A stretch of DNA of 51,914 nucleotides from positions 1 to 51,914 of the forward strand of contig JBFMGU010000044.1 of assembly GCA_040752415.1 (NCBI GenBank). The letters run 5' to 3'. The translations under genes were made by a program, and so were the position numbers. Below the pieces are notes generated by a model. That model did no database searches. It worked only from the letters and a program-made list of their open reading frames with translations, and was not told where the DNA came from. Shown here one piece after another: positions 38,001 through 46,675 of this stretch. How positions within the stretch are numbered: the first letter of the stretch is position 1; each line of letters starts with the position of its first letter. This DNA comes from Myxococcota bacterium. Its GTDB lineage: Bacteria; Myxococcota; JACRCW01.

Positions 38001-38802
38001 GCTCCTTGCGCAGCAGCTGCAGGACCCACTGCTCGAAACCGCGCGGGAACGACGAGGACAGCCCCAGCGGCGGCGGCTCCTCGTAACAGTGCCCGTTGAG
38101 CAGGGCCATGACCTCACCGTTGAACGGGAGTCGCGCGGTGGAGAAGAGGTAGGCCATGCAGCCCAGCGCGTAGAGGTCCGTCCAGGGGCCGTAGTCGCGC
38201 CACTGCGCGCGGAACTGCTCCGGCGCCATGTAGTGCGGCGTCCCCGTCATCTGGGAGTCCTCTTCACTCTCCGTGTGCAGGTCCATGGGCCGCGCAATGC
38301 CAAAGTCCGTGACCTTCAGCCCCGGCCGCAGGTCCGTGGACGAGCACACCAGCACGTTCTGCGGCTTGAGGTCCCGGTGGATCACGCCGCGCGCGTGCGC
38401 GTGACCCAACGCGTCCAGCAACGCGTGCAGCACCGCGCGCAGGTTCCGCCATGACATGGGACGCCGCACGTTCCACAGCGTGCCCTTGCTGGCCAGCTCC
38501 ATGGCCAGGTACGGGCTGCCCGCCTTGAGCGTGCCGCCGGAAGCCTGCTCCGCCTCACGTGTCACCTGCCCGTAGTCCAGCACCATGACGATGTTGGGAT
38601 GGTGCAGCCGCGCCACCGCCATGACCTCGTTGCGCATGGCCGTGTGGAATTCCTTGGCCGCGGCGCGCGGCCCGGTCATCACCTTCACCGCCACCGGAAC
38701 ACGCTGGCGCTGGTGGATGCCGCGCCACACCTCCGCCATGCCGCCGGAGCCAACACGGCTCTGCAGCGCAAAGGGACCGAGGGTGACCGTCGAGCTGGCC
38801 AT
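35080..38802 (-). CDS. Ser/Thr kinase + AAA/STAND-like NTPase + TPR protein
   Basis: 1240 aa; GSGGMA, HRDLKPQN, DFG, GTPHYMAPE; Walker A GAAGNGKS; Walker B WIDDVQW; GNPLF; C-terminal TPRs. Confidence 0.92.
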   Translation of the reverse strand: MASSTVTLGPFALQSRVGSGGMAEVWRGIHQRQRVPVAVKVMTGPRAAAKEFHTAMRNEVMAVARLHHPNIVMVLDYGQVTREAEQASGGTLKAGSPYLAMELASKGTLWNVRRPMSWRNLRAVLHALLDALGHAHARGVIHRDLKPQNVLVCSSTDLRPGLKVTDFGIARPMDLHTESEEDSQMTGTPHYMAPEQFRAQWRDYGPWTDLYALGCMAYLFSTARLPFNGEVMALLNGHCYEEPPPLGLSSSFPRGFEQWVLQLLRKEPHHRFECVADAAWALRILEAESGGGAPDEEMENLWSGGTGLMTLDESDDDAKTVVGSVPPEHSNPDLDDAETRLTPRPSDVPVVAVRAGAAVRLDPISGPVLVAPPGEPLPTLAWNSNAQPLLQVVAQRRQGPDGTTDAHRATPPMPSSWRRTGVRAPSPRLLGAGLGLYGMRSIPMVDRDQSRDAVWAALRQVHETARARVVVLRGAAGNGKSRVAEWMTQRALELGVANVVHAVHGPLPGPAQGVARMISQHLQCVGLPRRKVLHRVQKYLQRHGVDDPHEWAALTEVICPAGVDETGTDVVRLGTVTERLAAVRRFLELMARERPLMVWIDDVQWGSEALTFVEQVLNAQSRTPSALLFLLTVREEALAERPLESQQLTGLLAREPAQELPLPPLDGEHHRKLVAELLGLEANLAEEVASRTAGNPLFAIQLVGDWVERGVLEVGPRGFMLRGQEKAILPGNAHEVWAARINAILEHQGPEARVALELAAVLGNDVNEEEWLAACEHRGVGVGQSLMDALIATRLVVQTQDGFHFVHGMLRESVERAAREGGRLAQHHLTAAAALRTRTEGPGVFERLGRHLVAAGHLEDALQPLLEGALARYQLSDYAQARAILELRERTMEQQHLPANDERWGIGWVLHARVLTDEGRTDDAEAMAERAAQQAGRSGAKKVLADAQLVLAQVEYLRGSLSPSRDHYEQARQLYATLHDDSGIAESLIGLGDLEYRVGHLDKAAELYQQALPLAENVRDVGAVGRCLWGLGYVQMWRGGLHAARALFTRQLRLFEEAGNRRGIAISTNALGELARMGKNWAEAEEHYRKSLAISEAIGSSDRAAIHLNLIHVILAREMFPEAERELDAVWPDLQKAHGGTNLVAGYAMRAVCLGMRGDWEGWDQQMDVVEAMLRDQNFQDGDLAILMRQTGERALMVGQAQRAKRALDAARAQWVALGREDRVAELDAFSTRLYETTLF

Positions 38803-38904
38803 GCGGACGGGGGCTTATAGGACGGGCGTGGTGGGCCGGCCAGCGCGCAGCCGTGGGCTTGTCCGCGGACGGAGAAACGCGCCGTGGTCGTCTTGCGCGC
38901 AGGG

Positions 38905-39220
38905 GCACAACCGCCGGAGCAGTCCCTGCAGGGCGCCTCGTCCAGCTCGGGGCGATAGACCGGGCCGCCTTGACGTCGGACCGAGGTCACCACCACTCCG
39001 GACAGCCCAGCCCTGCGCAACCGGTATCCCAGCGCCATCTGCAAGCGGTTTGTTGGCGAGCTCCGCCAGCGCCTCCCCGACCTCGAAGGAGCATTTCCGT
39101 GATGGTCGTCATGTTGCGGGCAATGTGGGCCAGCAGCTTCTCCGCGCGCGTCTTCATGCGCTCACGCGCACCGGCGGCGTCGCGGCTCAGGGCGGGGGGA
39201 TGCTGCGTGGAGGCGGGCAT
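38905..39220 (-). pseudogene. Decayed paralog of the 49305-49937 DUF3102-like gene
   Basis: Aligns to both ends of that gene; lacks the 318 bp equivalent to 49426-49743 (junction at 39024/39025); has frameshifts and has lost the stop codon. Confidence 0.9.
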
Positions 39221-39227
39221 GGGCGCT

Positions 39228-39266
39228 TCGCGAGGTAAGTGACTTACCCCGGAAGGTAAGACAGAG
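39228..39266. repeat. 39-bp double-palindromic site, copy A
   Basis: TCGCGAGGTAAGTGACTTACCCCGGAAGGTAAGACAGAG; identical to 49945-49983. Confidence 0.95.
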
Positions 39267-39759
39267 GGGATGCACTCAACGTGGGGCCCCTCCACTTGGG
39301 AGCGGTGGCAACCCACCCGTCTGAACATTGATCTCTTTGCTTCGTCGCTGATTCGTGTGGGTTTCTCGCCCGACACCTGCGTCCCGCGCGGACGAGCATC
39401 AGATTCTGCACGGGAATGACAATGGCGGAACCTGTGATTCACGAGGCCGATTGGATATGTGGCGTCGAGGGGTTGCGCCTCACCGCCACCGGTGCGCCTC
39501 CACCCACGCCGCGTAGGCGGTGATGAGCTTCTGCGGCAGGTCACGCACCTTGGGCGCGAATGACGACGACGGCTCCGCCCCGGACCACGGCGCCCGTCTT
39601 GAGTCCCGCCCATGTTGCGCGCAGCGCGGACTTCCCCGGGACGGGGCGCCGTTGACGGTGCGCGGCGCGACCTTCGGCAACGGGCTTTTACCTGCGGGCT
39701 ATTCCCTGCTATGAGGCCGACTGACAACGGAACCCACGACCAAAGTGGGGGGAGGCGTC

Positions 39760-39996
39760 ATGTTCAACCTGGTACCGTCCATTCCGCGCGTGGCCGCCCG
39801 TCGGGGTGGGTTCATTGGTGAGCTCGTTGGCTGGTTCATCCGCGTGGTCATCTATGACATCTGCATCAGCACCATCCAGGAGGTGCTGGGCGTGTCCCGC
39901 ATGGTGGCGCTGTTCATCTTCCTGGGTATCCTCGCCGCCATTGCCATCGGTGGCTACGTTGCGAAGCAGAAGCTGGCGCCTGCCGTCGAGGAGTGA
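39760..39996 (+). CDS. Small membrane protein
   Basis: GGAGG RBS; 78 aa; two hydrophobic helices; first gene of a 3-gene operon. Confidence 0.7.
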   Translation: MFNLVPSIPRVAARRGGFIGELVGWFIRVVIYDICISTIQEVLGVSRMVALFIFLGILAAIAIGGYVAKQKLAPAVEE

Positions 39997-40005
39997 GCGC
40001 CGCGC

Positions 40006-40695
40006 ATGAAATACGCGATCACGCATTCTCCCGCGTTCTCCAAGCTGGATGTCGAGCTGGATGAAGGCGAGCAGATCTATGCGCAGCCTAACTCCATGCT
40101 GTGCATGACCCCCGGCATCAAGATTACCGCGCAGATGGGTGGCACCGCGGGCCGTGTTGGCGTGATGGGCGGCATCAAGGGCATGCTCTCCGGGGAGAGC
40201 TTCTTCACCTCGGTGTTCACCTCCCGACGCCAGGGAGCGCAGGTGTCCCTGGTGCCGGATGCCGTGGGCGAGCTGGTGGCCCTGCAGGTCACGGCGTCCG
40301 CCGGGCTGTGCCTGACCTCCGGCGCTTTTCTGGCCGCGCAGCAAACGGTGACCCTGGATACGCAGTACGCCGGGCTCAAGGGGTGGATGGCGCAGAAGGG
40401 GCTGTTCCTCCTGCATTGCAGGGGCGAGGGCACGGTGTTCGTGGCCAGCTACGGCGCCGTGGTGCACCGGACGCTGCAGGCGGAGGAGCGGTTCGTGGTG
40501 GACAACCGCTTCGTGGTGGCGTTCTCCGACACCGTGAAATACGAACTGGTGACCGCCACCAAGGATCTCTCCGACTCCATCATGAGCGGCGAGGGCCTGG
40601 TGAACCGCTACACAGGGCCGGGTGAGCTCTATTACCAGACCCGCGCGCGCCCCCGACCCAACCTGATGACCACCATCCTCAACCTCACCTCATGA
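40006..40695 (+). CDS. TIGR00266/AIM24 family protein
   Basis: PAFSKLDVEL, LSGESFF, GAFLAA, GLFLL, SYGA, FVVDN..VVAF, SGEGLV...GPG.LYYQTR. Confidence 0.92.
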   Translation: MKYAITHSPAFSKLDVELDEGEQIYAQPNSMLCMTPGIKITAQMGGTAGRVGVMGGIKGMLSGESFFTSVFTSRRQGAQVSLVPDAVGELVALQVTASAGLCLTSGAFLAAQQTVTLDTQYAGLKGWMAQKGLFLLHCRGEGTVFVASYGAVVHRTLQAEERFVVDNRFVVAFSDTVKYELVTATKDLSDSIMSGEGLVNRYTGPGELYYQTRARPRPNLMTTILNLTS

Positions 40696-42029
40696 GCCAA
40701 CCGCATGTCGAGGTGGCGGTTCAGCCGGTGCCGCTGCGCACCGAGCTCCTGGAGCGCTACGCCGCGCTGCGACGGGCCGCCTTGCCGGCGCTGGTGATGG
40801 AGGCGGTGCTGCTGGCGACGCTGTTGGGCGTCCTGGATTGGCGCATGCTCCCGCAGCACTGGGTGCACGTGGTGGTGGTGGTGGGGATTGCCGTGGGCGA
40901 CACCGTGGTGGCGGTCATCCAGTTCCTCACCCAGAACAAGCAGCGCGTGGACCGCCTCCCGCCCGACGTCAAGCTGGGCAACTTCACGCGCGCACAGCTC
41001 CAGGAGCTGGTGACGGACGCGTGCCGGAGATTCGGCGTCTCGCCCAGACGCATCCCGGTCTACATCACGCGCGAGAAGGAAATGAACGCCCATGCCATGC
41101 ACGTGGGCCCCTCGTTCCTGGTCCAGGCGCTGCGCGCCGTGTCCATCAACCGCGCCAACCTGCACGTCCTCACGCCGGCCGAGCTGAGCTACATCCTGGG
41201 TCACGAGCTGGCGCACCTGCTGCACTACCCCGCGGTGTGGTTGGATGCGCACGCGCTGCACATGGCCTCGCGCGCGGCGGCCTGCCTGGTGGCGTGGCAG
41301 TGGGCGTTTCCGCGGTTCGGTGATTTCTGGGGGCTGAGCGCGGCGCTGGCGGCGGCGGCGGTGCACCGCTTCTTCACGCAGCGCACGTCCCCCGCGCAGA
41401 GCCAGATGATCGAGCTGCTGTGTGACGACTCCGGCGCGCGGCTTGCCGGGGTGAACGCCGCCATCTCCTGTGAGCTGAAGACGGGAATGATGGGGGAGCT
41501 GCACCACCAGCTCCTGTTCCGCGCGCTCCAGCTGCAGAAGCAGGGCATGGACATCTCCTACCAGGACCTCTACCGGATCTACCTGGACGTGGTGCCGTTC
41601 GGCTCGTTTGCGCTGGAGGAGGTCGACGCCCGCATCCAGGAGCGTGCTCGCAAGTCCGCCCAGCCATCGCGGGAGCTTACGCTGCGAGGCCTGCTGGAAT
41701 TTGCGGGTCTGTCCGGGGACTCCCGCGACGCCCGCGAACAGGTCCGGGAGCAGCTCCGCGTCTATGAGGGGCTGTCGCGCATTCCCAGGATTTCCTGGCC
41801 CCGGAACGTGCACGGGCAGCCCACGGACACCGACCTCATGGCCCTGGCGCAAGCGCTGGAACGTGAGCCGCAGGCCCTGTTGTTCGAAACGCCGGGCGAG
41901 CTCGATGCCCTGTCTTCGCACCCCTCGCATCGACGTCGGGTCCTGTACCTGTGGAACAACCGCGGGCACATCACCGCCAAGGCGTTTCCCCCGGCGTCCA
42001 ACGGGCCAGGTCGCGCGGCGGCTGCTTAG
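40692..42029 (+). CDS. M48-family (HtpX-like) membrane zinc metalloprotease
   Basis: MNAHA, ILGHELAH, ELLCD, SHPSHRRR; TM helices. Confidence 0.85.
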   Translation: MSQPHVEVAVQPVPLRTELLERYAALRRAALPALVMEAVLLATLLGVLDWRMLPQHWVHVVVVVGIAVGDTVVAVIQFLTQNKQRVDRLPPDVKLGNFTRAQLQELVTDACRRFGVSPRRIPVYITREKEMNAHAMHVGPSFLVQALRAVSINRANLHVLTPAELSYILGHELAHLLHYPAVWLDAHALHMASRAAACLVAWQWAFPRFGDFWGLSAALAAAAVHRFFTQRTSPAQSQMIELLCDDSGARLAGVNAAISCELKTGMMGELHHQLLFRALQLQKQGMDISYQDLYRIYLDVVPFGSFALEEVDARIQERARKSAQPSRELTLRGLLEFAGLSGDSRDAREQVREQLRVYEGLSRIPRISWPRNVHGQPTDTDLMALAQALEREPQALLFETPGELDALSSHPSHRRRVLYLWNNRGHITAKAFPPASNGPGRAAAA

Positions 42030-42039
42030 GAAACATTAC

Positions 42040-42109
42040 TGTCTCTCGCGGTCTTCGCGGGGCGTTCATGCCTGCGATCAGGCCTTCACGCGTTTCGTCG
42101 CGAGGGACA
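42040..42109. terminator. Imperfect hairpin between convergent genes
   Basis: TGTCTCTCGCG...CGCGAGGGACA outer stem and GCCTG-CGAT-CAGGC inner stem. Confidence 0.4.
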
Positions 42110-42137
42110 ACAGGGGACGACGCCGTGCTCGGCCGGG

Positions 42138-42527
42138 TTAGCGCGAACCTTGTGGTGGGCGGAGCGGGCCGACCGTCCATTGCCTGCCGGACGTCGGGGG
42201 AGGCTTGCTCTCCTGCTTCGGCTTGAGGTGCTCGTGCTCTTCGGCGAAGTGATGCAGCAGCTCGATCATGAGAGGCTGCGGCACTCCTCCATCTCCGAGC
42301 ATCTTCTGGAGGAAGAAGCTGTGGTCCTTGGCCAGCTGCAACAGGTAGGGATCCTCGCCTGGGCCCAGCGCCTCCAGCTCGCTCGTGGTCCTGCGCTCCT
42401 CCATCAGGATGTGCGTCCTGAGCCGGGAGACGAGCTCGGGATCGATGCCCGGGGTCGTCAGGAGCGCATGCAGGGCCTCGACGTGGTCGCCGATGGAGTC
42501 GAGGTAGAAGGCGAGGGCGGGCGTCAT
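42138..42527 (-). CDS. Small hemerythrin-like protein
   Basis: H...HILMEE...DH...HHFAEEH ligand pattern; GGAGG RBS. Confidence 0.6.
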   Translation of the reverse strand: MTPALAFYLDSIGDHVEALHALLTTPGIDPELVSRLRTHILMEERRTTSELEALGPGEDPYLLQLAKDHSFFLQKMLGDGGVPQPLMIELLHHFAEEHEHLKPKQESKPPPTSGRQWTVGPLRPPQGSR

Positions 42528-43082
42528 GGGGGCGGCCTCCGAGGAAGTGGTGACGAAGCGCCCTCTTCTCATAGTCTGGCCGCGTGACACCACGGTACCC
42601 GGTGACGACGACGTCCCACGGCGGCCCGCCCCATGGAGCTCTTTCGCGCAGATTTGGCGGGGCCGCCCGTACCAAGACCCGTGATGCGCTCACTTGCCGC
42701 GATTGCAGCGGTTCCCGGTGGAGTTGACCGGGGCGGAGGGTGAGCTGGCACCTGCGAGATGATGGTTCTTGTCTGCGATTCCGCGGCCAAGGGCATCACT
42801 TCTCCGGTCAATCTGAATGGGAACCGCCGCACGATGACGCGCCTGGTGCCGACGCCGCAGGTTGCGGCTGTGCAGCCTCATTCCCGCACCCGTCCCGACG
42901 AGGACGTACTCTGGTATCCTCACTTCGGGACTTCGGGAGCGCGGGACAGTTTCCCGGTGGCGCCGCGGCCAACGCATCTCCGAGGGGGACCATGCGCGTG
43001 AGGATGAGCAACAGGCGGTGCAAAGCCCGGTGATGGACGAGGCGCCGGCGGAGGAGCGCCGCCTGAAATGGTCTTGGGCGCG

Positions 43083-43121
43083 TCGCGAGGTAAGTGACTT
43101 ACCCGGGAAGGTAAGACAGAG
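43083..43121. repeat. 39-bp double-palindromic site, copy C
   Basis: 38/39 identical to copies A and B (spacer CGGGAA instead of CCGGAA); the adjacent GCGCCC-ATG context reads GCGCCC-AAG. Confidence 0.95.
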
Positions 43122-43284
43122 CGCTCCGAGTTGCGTGAATGACCTGGGGCCCAGGCACGTTGATGGTGTTGCCGCATCTCCAGCGTGAGGATGCTCAGCG
43201 TCGCTGCCCAAGCTGCGGGTCAACAAGCGCCACCTCCTCAGGGTCCGGTCGCAGCCGCGTTGCGCCGCCCGCGCTTCCGACGAC

Positions 43285-44322
43285 GTGGCGACCCTCGCCG
43301 CGGGCGTTAAGTCCGTGCGTGTTGTCCTTGATGGAGCGGCGCCCTTGCGTGCGTCCGTGGCGTGGCTGGGCTTGATTCCCGTGGTGGCGATGGCGTGCCG
43401 CGGTGAGCCGTCGTCGCCCCCGCTGGAGCCGTCCGGTGCGTCAACCTTCCGCGTGGCCATGGTCCTCCCCGGGCCCATTGACGACCACAGCTGGAGCCAG
43501 GCGGGCTATGCGGCGCTGAAACGCGTCAGCCGGGAGCAGGGCATCCCCGTGGCGCACGTTGCCAATGTCTCCCAGGCCCGGAGCGAGGCGGTCCTGCGCG
43601 AACAGGCGCGTCAGGGCTTCGACCTCGTCGTGGCCCACGGCGGCGAGTTCGTCCCGGCGGCGGAGACCGTGGCGGCGGAGTTCCCGCAGGTCAGCTTTGC
43701 CGTCATGACCGCCTACGCCGGCAACAACCGCAACCTGGGGGCGTTGAGCTTCCGCGACAGCGAGCTGGGCTACCTGGCCGGCGTGGTGGCGGCGCTCAAG
43801 AGCCGGAGCGGAAAGGTGGCCTTCATTGGTGGCTTCCCGTACCCGTCCACGTTGGAGGTCGCCACCTTCTTTCAGCAGGGCGCCTCGGCCACCCACCCCG
43901 GCATGGGCGTGGCGCTGGAATGGGTGGGATCCTGGGACGACGAGGACACGGCGCGTCGCCTGGCGCGGCAGCGCATGGCCTGGGGCGCCGACGTGCTCTT
44001 TGTCATGGCGGACGCCACCGCCCTGGGCGTGGTGGATGAAGCGGCCCACGCCGGTGTCTACGTCATCGCCAGCAACTGGGATGTCCACGCCGCGGCTCCC
44101 GGCACGGTGGTCACCAGTTGCCTCCAGCACGTCGACGTCCTGCTGCGGGAGGCGGTGTCCCTGGTGCAGATGAAGCGCTGGGAAGGCAAGCAATACAAGT
44201 TCGGTTTCCGCGAGGGCGCGCAGGAGCTGGCGCCATTCCGCGGGCAGCTCACGCCGGAGCAGGTTGCCCACGTGGAACGGGTCCGCCGTGACATCATGGC
44301 GGGGAAGGTCGGGATCCCATGA
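43285..44322 (+). CDS. BMP/PnrA/Med-family substrate-binding lipoprotein 1
   Basis: VAMVLPGPIDDHSWSQAGY, GFDLVVAHGGEF, GYLAGVVAA, KVAFIGG, GSWDD, GADVL; AMAC lipobox; the true start is probably somewhat downstream. Confidence 0.9.
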   Translation: MATLAAGVKSVRVVLDGAAPLRASVAWLGLIPVVAMACRGEPSSPPLEPSGASTFRVAMVLPGPIDDHSWSQAGYAALKRVSREQGIPVAHVANVSQARSEAVLREQARQGFDLVVAHGGEFVPAAETVAAEFPQVSFAVMTAYAGNNRNLGALSFRDSELGYLAGVVAALKSRSGKVAFIGGFPYPSTLEVATFFQQGASATHPGMGVALEWVGSWDDEDTARRLARQRMAWGADVLFVMADATALGVVDEAAHAGVYVIASNWDVHAAAPGTVVTSCLQHVDVLLREAVSLVQMKRWEGKQYKFGFREGAQELAPFRGQLTPEQVAHVERVRRDIMAGKVGIP

Positions 44323-45332
44323 ATCTCCGTCGGGCGCTCGTGCTTGCGGGGTTGCTGATGTCGTGCCGGGAGCCGCCTCCGCCGCCCGAGCGAACCCCGT
44401 TCAGCGTGGCATTGGTCCTGCCCGGCCCCGTTGATGACCACGGCTGGAGCGAGGCCGGCTACCGCGGGCTGCTGCGCATCCGTGATGAGCTCGGCGCGCG
44501 CATCGCCTTCGTGGCGGGTGTCGGCGAGGGGGACCGCGGCCGCATGACGGAGGTGTTCCGAGGGCTCGCCTTGGAGGGCCATGACCTCATCCTCGGCCAC
44601 GGCGGCGAGTACATTCCCGCCCTGGAGGTCGTGGCGCGCGAGTTCCCGCACACGCAGTTCGCCGCGGTGGCCGCGTACGCGGGCAACAATCGCAACCTGG
44701 GAGGTCTCAGCTTCCGCGAGGGCGAGCTCGGCTATCTCTGTGGCGTCGTTGCGGCGCTCAAGACCAGGTCCCGGAAGGTGGCCTTCGTGGGCGGGCAGGC
44801 GTACCCCCATGTCCGCGAGCAGGCCGTCCTGTTTGAGCGCGGCGCCAAGGCCATGAACCCCGCCATCTCCGTGCAGACCGCCTGGCTGGACACCTGGACC
44901 GACACCGAGAGGGCGCGCAGCGTGGCGGCCTCCCTGATCCGGAGCGGTGCCGACGTGCTGCTCGTCGACGCCGACCTCGCCGCCGCCGGCGCCTTCGACG
45001 CGGTCCGCAGCGCGGGCGTCTTTGCCATCGGGTGGGCCAGCGACCAGGCTGCGCTGGCGCCCGGCCACATCATCACCAGCGGCATCCAGCACGTGGAGCC
45101 CCTGCTCGTCGCCGCGGCGGAGCGCGTGCAGGCGGGCGTCTGGGAAGGCCGGCAGTACAAGTTCGGGCTGCGTGAGCAGGCGCAGGAGCTCGCGGACTTC
45201 CGTGGAATGCTGACACCGGAGCAAGAGGCCGTGGTGGCGCGCGTGCAGGAGGACGTCCTGACGGGAAGGGTCGATACCAGCCCCGAACCGGGCTCGCTCC
45301 CCGGGAAGTCGCCGCCTCCCGCTGCGCCTTGA
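44319..45332 (+). CDS. BMP/PnrA/Med-family substrate-binding lipoprotein 2 (tandem paralog)
   Basis: LMSC lipobox; same motifs; shares AYAGNNRNLG and WEG.QYKFG.RE.AQELA.FRG.LTPEQ with gene 1; ATGA overlap. Confidence 0.92.
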   Translation: MNLRRALVLAGLLMSCREPPPPPERTPFSVALVLPGPVDDHGWSEAGYRGLLRIRDELGARIAFVAGVGEGDRGRMTEVFRGLALEGHDLILGHGGEYIPALEVVAREFPHTQFAAVAAYAGNNRNLGGLSFREGELGYLCGVVAALKTRSRKVAFVGGQAYPHVREQAVLFERGAKAMNPAISVQTAWLDTWTDTERARSVAASLIRSGADVLLVDADLAAAGAFDAVRSAGVFAIGWASDQAALAPGHIITSGIQHVEPLLVAAAERVQAGVWEGRQYKFGLREQAQELADFRGMLTPEQEAVVARVQEDVLTGRVDTSPEPGSLPGKSPPPAAP

Positions 45333-45347
45333 GGGCAGGGCCAACGC

Positions 45348-45740
45348 TCAAGCCGTTGGGCCATGCGACTTGGAGCAATGCTCGGACACCACGCCCAGGA
45401 GCCCGTCGAGATCCAGCGGCTTCTTGAGCGAAGGCACGCCTTGCGGCGGCGGATAGGCGGAGACCACCACCACCGGGATCCCCGCGAGCTTCTGGCTCTC
45501 CCGGAGGGCGTCGAGGAATTCCCAGCCGCTCATCACCGGCATCATGAGGTCCAGGAGGATGACGCACGGCAGGGGAGCGTGGGTCAGCGTGTCCAGGGCC
45601 TGGGTCCCATCCGCTGCTTCCAGGACCGCGTACCCTTCCGTCTCCAGCACCAGGCGGAGACAGCTCCGGATCTCGACGTCGTCGTCGACAACGAGGACCG
45701 GACCGGCGCGGTCATCGGTGGGAGCGGGAGTTGTCGTCAC
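45348..45740 (-). CDS. Single-domain response regulator (receiver)
   Basis: VLVVDDD, ILLDLMMPVMSG, VVVSA, LKKP. Confidence 0.9.
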   Translation of the reverse strand: MTTTPAPTDDRAGPVLVVDDDVEIRSCLRLVLETEGYAVLEAADGTQALDTLTHAPLPCVILLDLMMPVMSGWEFLDALRESQKLAGIPVVVVSAYPPPQGVPSLKKPLDLDGLLGVVSEHCSKSHGPTA

Positions 45741-45816
45741 AGGGCGGTCTATCGCTCCCTGTTTCCACCAGCAAAGGCGCCCCTTGTGTTCGCGCCTCCG
45801 TTGCAGAAGGGCGCGC

Positions 45817-46569
45817 TCACCAGACCCAACGAAGGAGGAGCTGCGGCGCATGCACGGTGAGGATGGGACTGTGGTGGAAGTACCACTCCACGCCGAGCTG
45901 GATCTTCCGTCCGCGCTCACCCAGGACGCCGCCCAGGTCCATCAGCAGCTGGGGTTGCGAGTTGACGTCGAATCCCGCCGGGCTCCCGACGATGTCCACG
46001 TATCCGCGCAGGAGGAGGCCCACCCAGCGGATGCGCAGCGGCAGCTCCCAGTACGGCGAGACCTGGACGGCGTTCGGTGTGAACCGGTCCTTGCGGTAGT
46101 AGACGTTGACGCCGGCGACGAGCCCGAAGGGCAGGTTGAAGTCCACGCCCATCCCACCGAGGACACCCCAGAACCCGGTGCCGGACACGTTGAGCTGCGT
46201 GGCGACGAAGACTTCCTTGAGGAACCCCAGTCCCTCCTCCAGCCCCAGCACCCGGCCCAACGCCACCCGCGGGCCCCATTCGCCGTAGAGCTGCACGTTC
46301 TGGCCCAGCGGCGCGCCCTTGGCGTCGACGAACGGACCGAAGAGCACGTCTACGATCATGTAGTTGTCGCCGTAGCCCCAGGTCCCGTAGTGCTCGAAGC
46401 TCAGGGTGGCCATTCCCCCGGTGGCGGTGTTGTACCCGTAGACCCGGTCGTCGAAGGGGCCGCCGTAGAGGAGCTGGGCGCTGGAGATGGAGAAGGACTC
46501 CGCCCGGCCCACGACGGGAGCGCCCGCCAACAGCAACACCAGCACCGTGATGGTCCTCGCGCGCCTCAT
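45817..46569 (-). CDS. Tsx-like (nucleoside-channel family) outer-membrane beta-barrel
   Basis: Signal peptide; QLLYG, TLSFEHYGTWGYGDNYMIVD, YGEW.PR, QPQLLMDLG; aromatic C-terminal RWVW. Confidence 0.72.
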   Translation of the reverse strand: MRRARTITVLVLLLAGAPVVGRAESFSISSAQLLYGGPFDDRVYGYNTATGGMATLSFEHYGTWGYGDNYMIVDVLFGPFVDAKGAPLGQNVQLYGEWGPRVALGRVLGLEEGLGFLKEVFVATQLNVSGTGFWGVLGGMGVDFNLPFGLVAGVNVYYRKDRFTPNAVQVSPYWELPLRIRWVGLLLRGYVDIVGSPAGFDVNSQPQLLMDLGGVLGERGRKIQLGVEWYFHHSPILTVHAPQLLLRWVW

Positions 46570-46675
46570 GGCAGGGAGCTCCTCCTCCCTTGGAACTTAG
46601 GCAAAGCGATGCCGGGCCGCTGGCACCTCGACACCCACGGGCAGGCGAAGACCCAGGAGCCAACGCGAAGAGGCA

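Noticed and set aside
42030..42140. Hairpin as an integron attC site
   Set aside because: No matching R''/R' boxes; better explained as a terminator-like structure between convergent genes.
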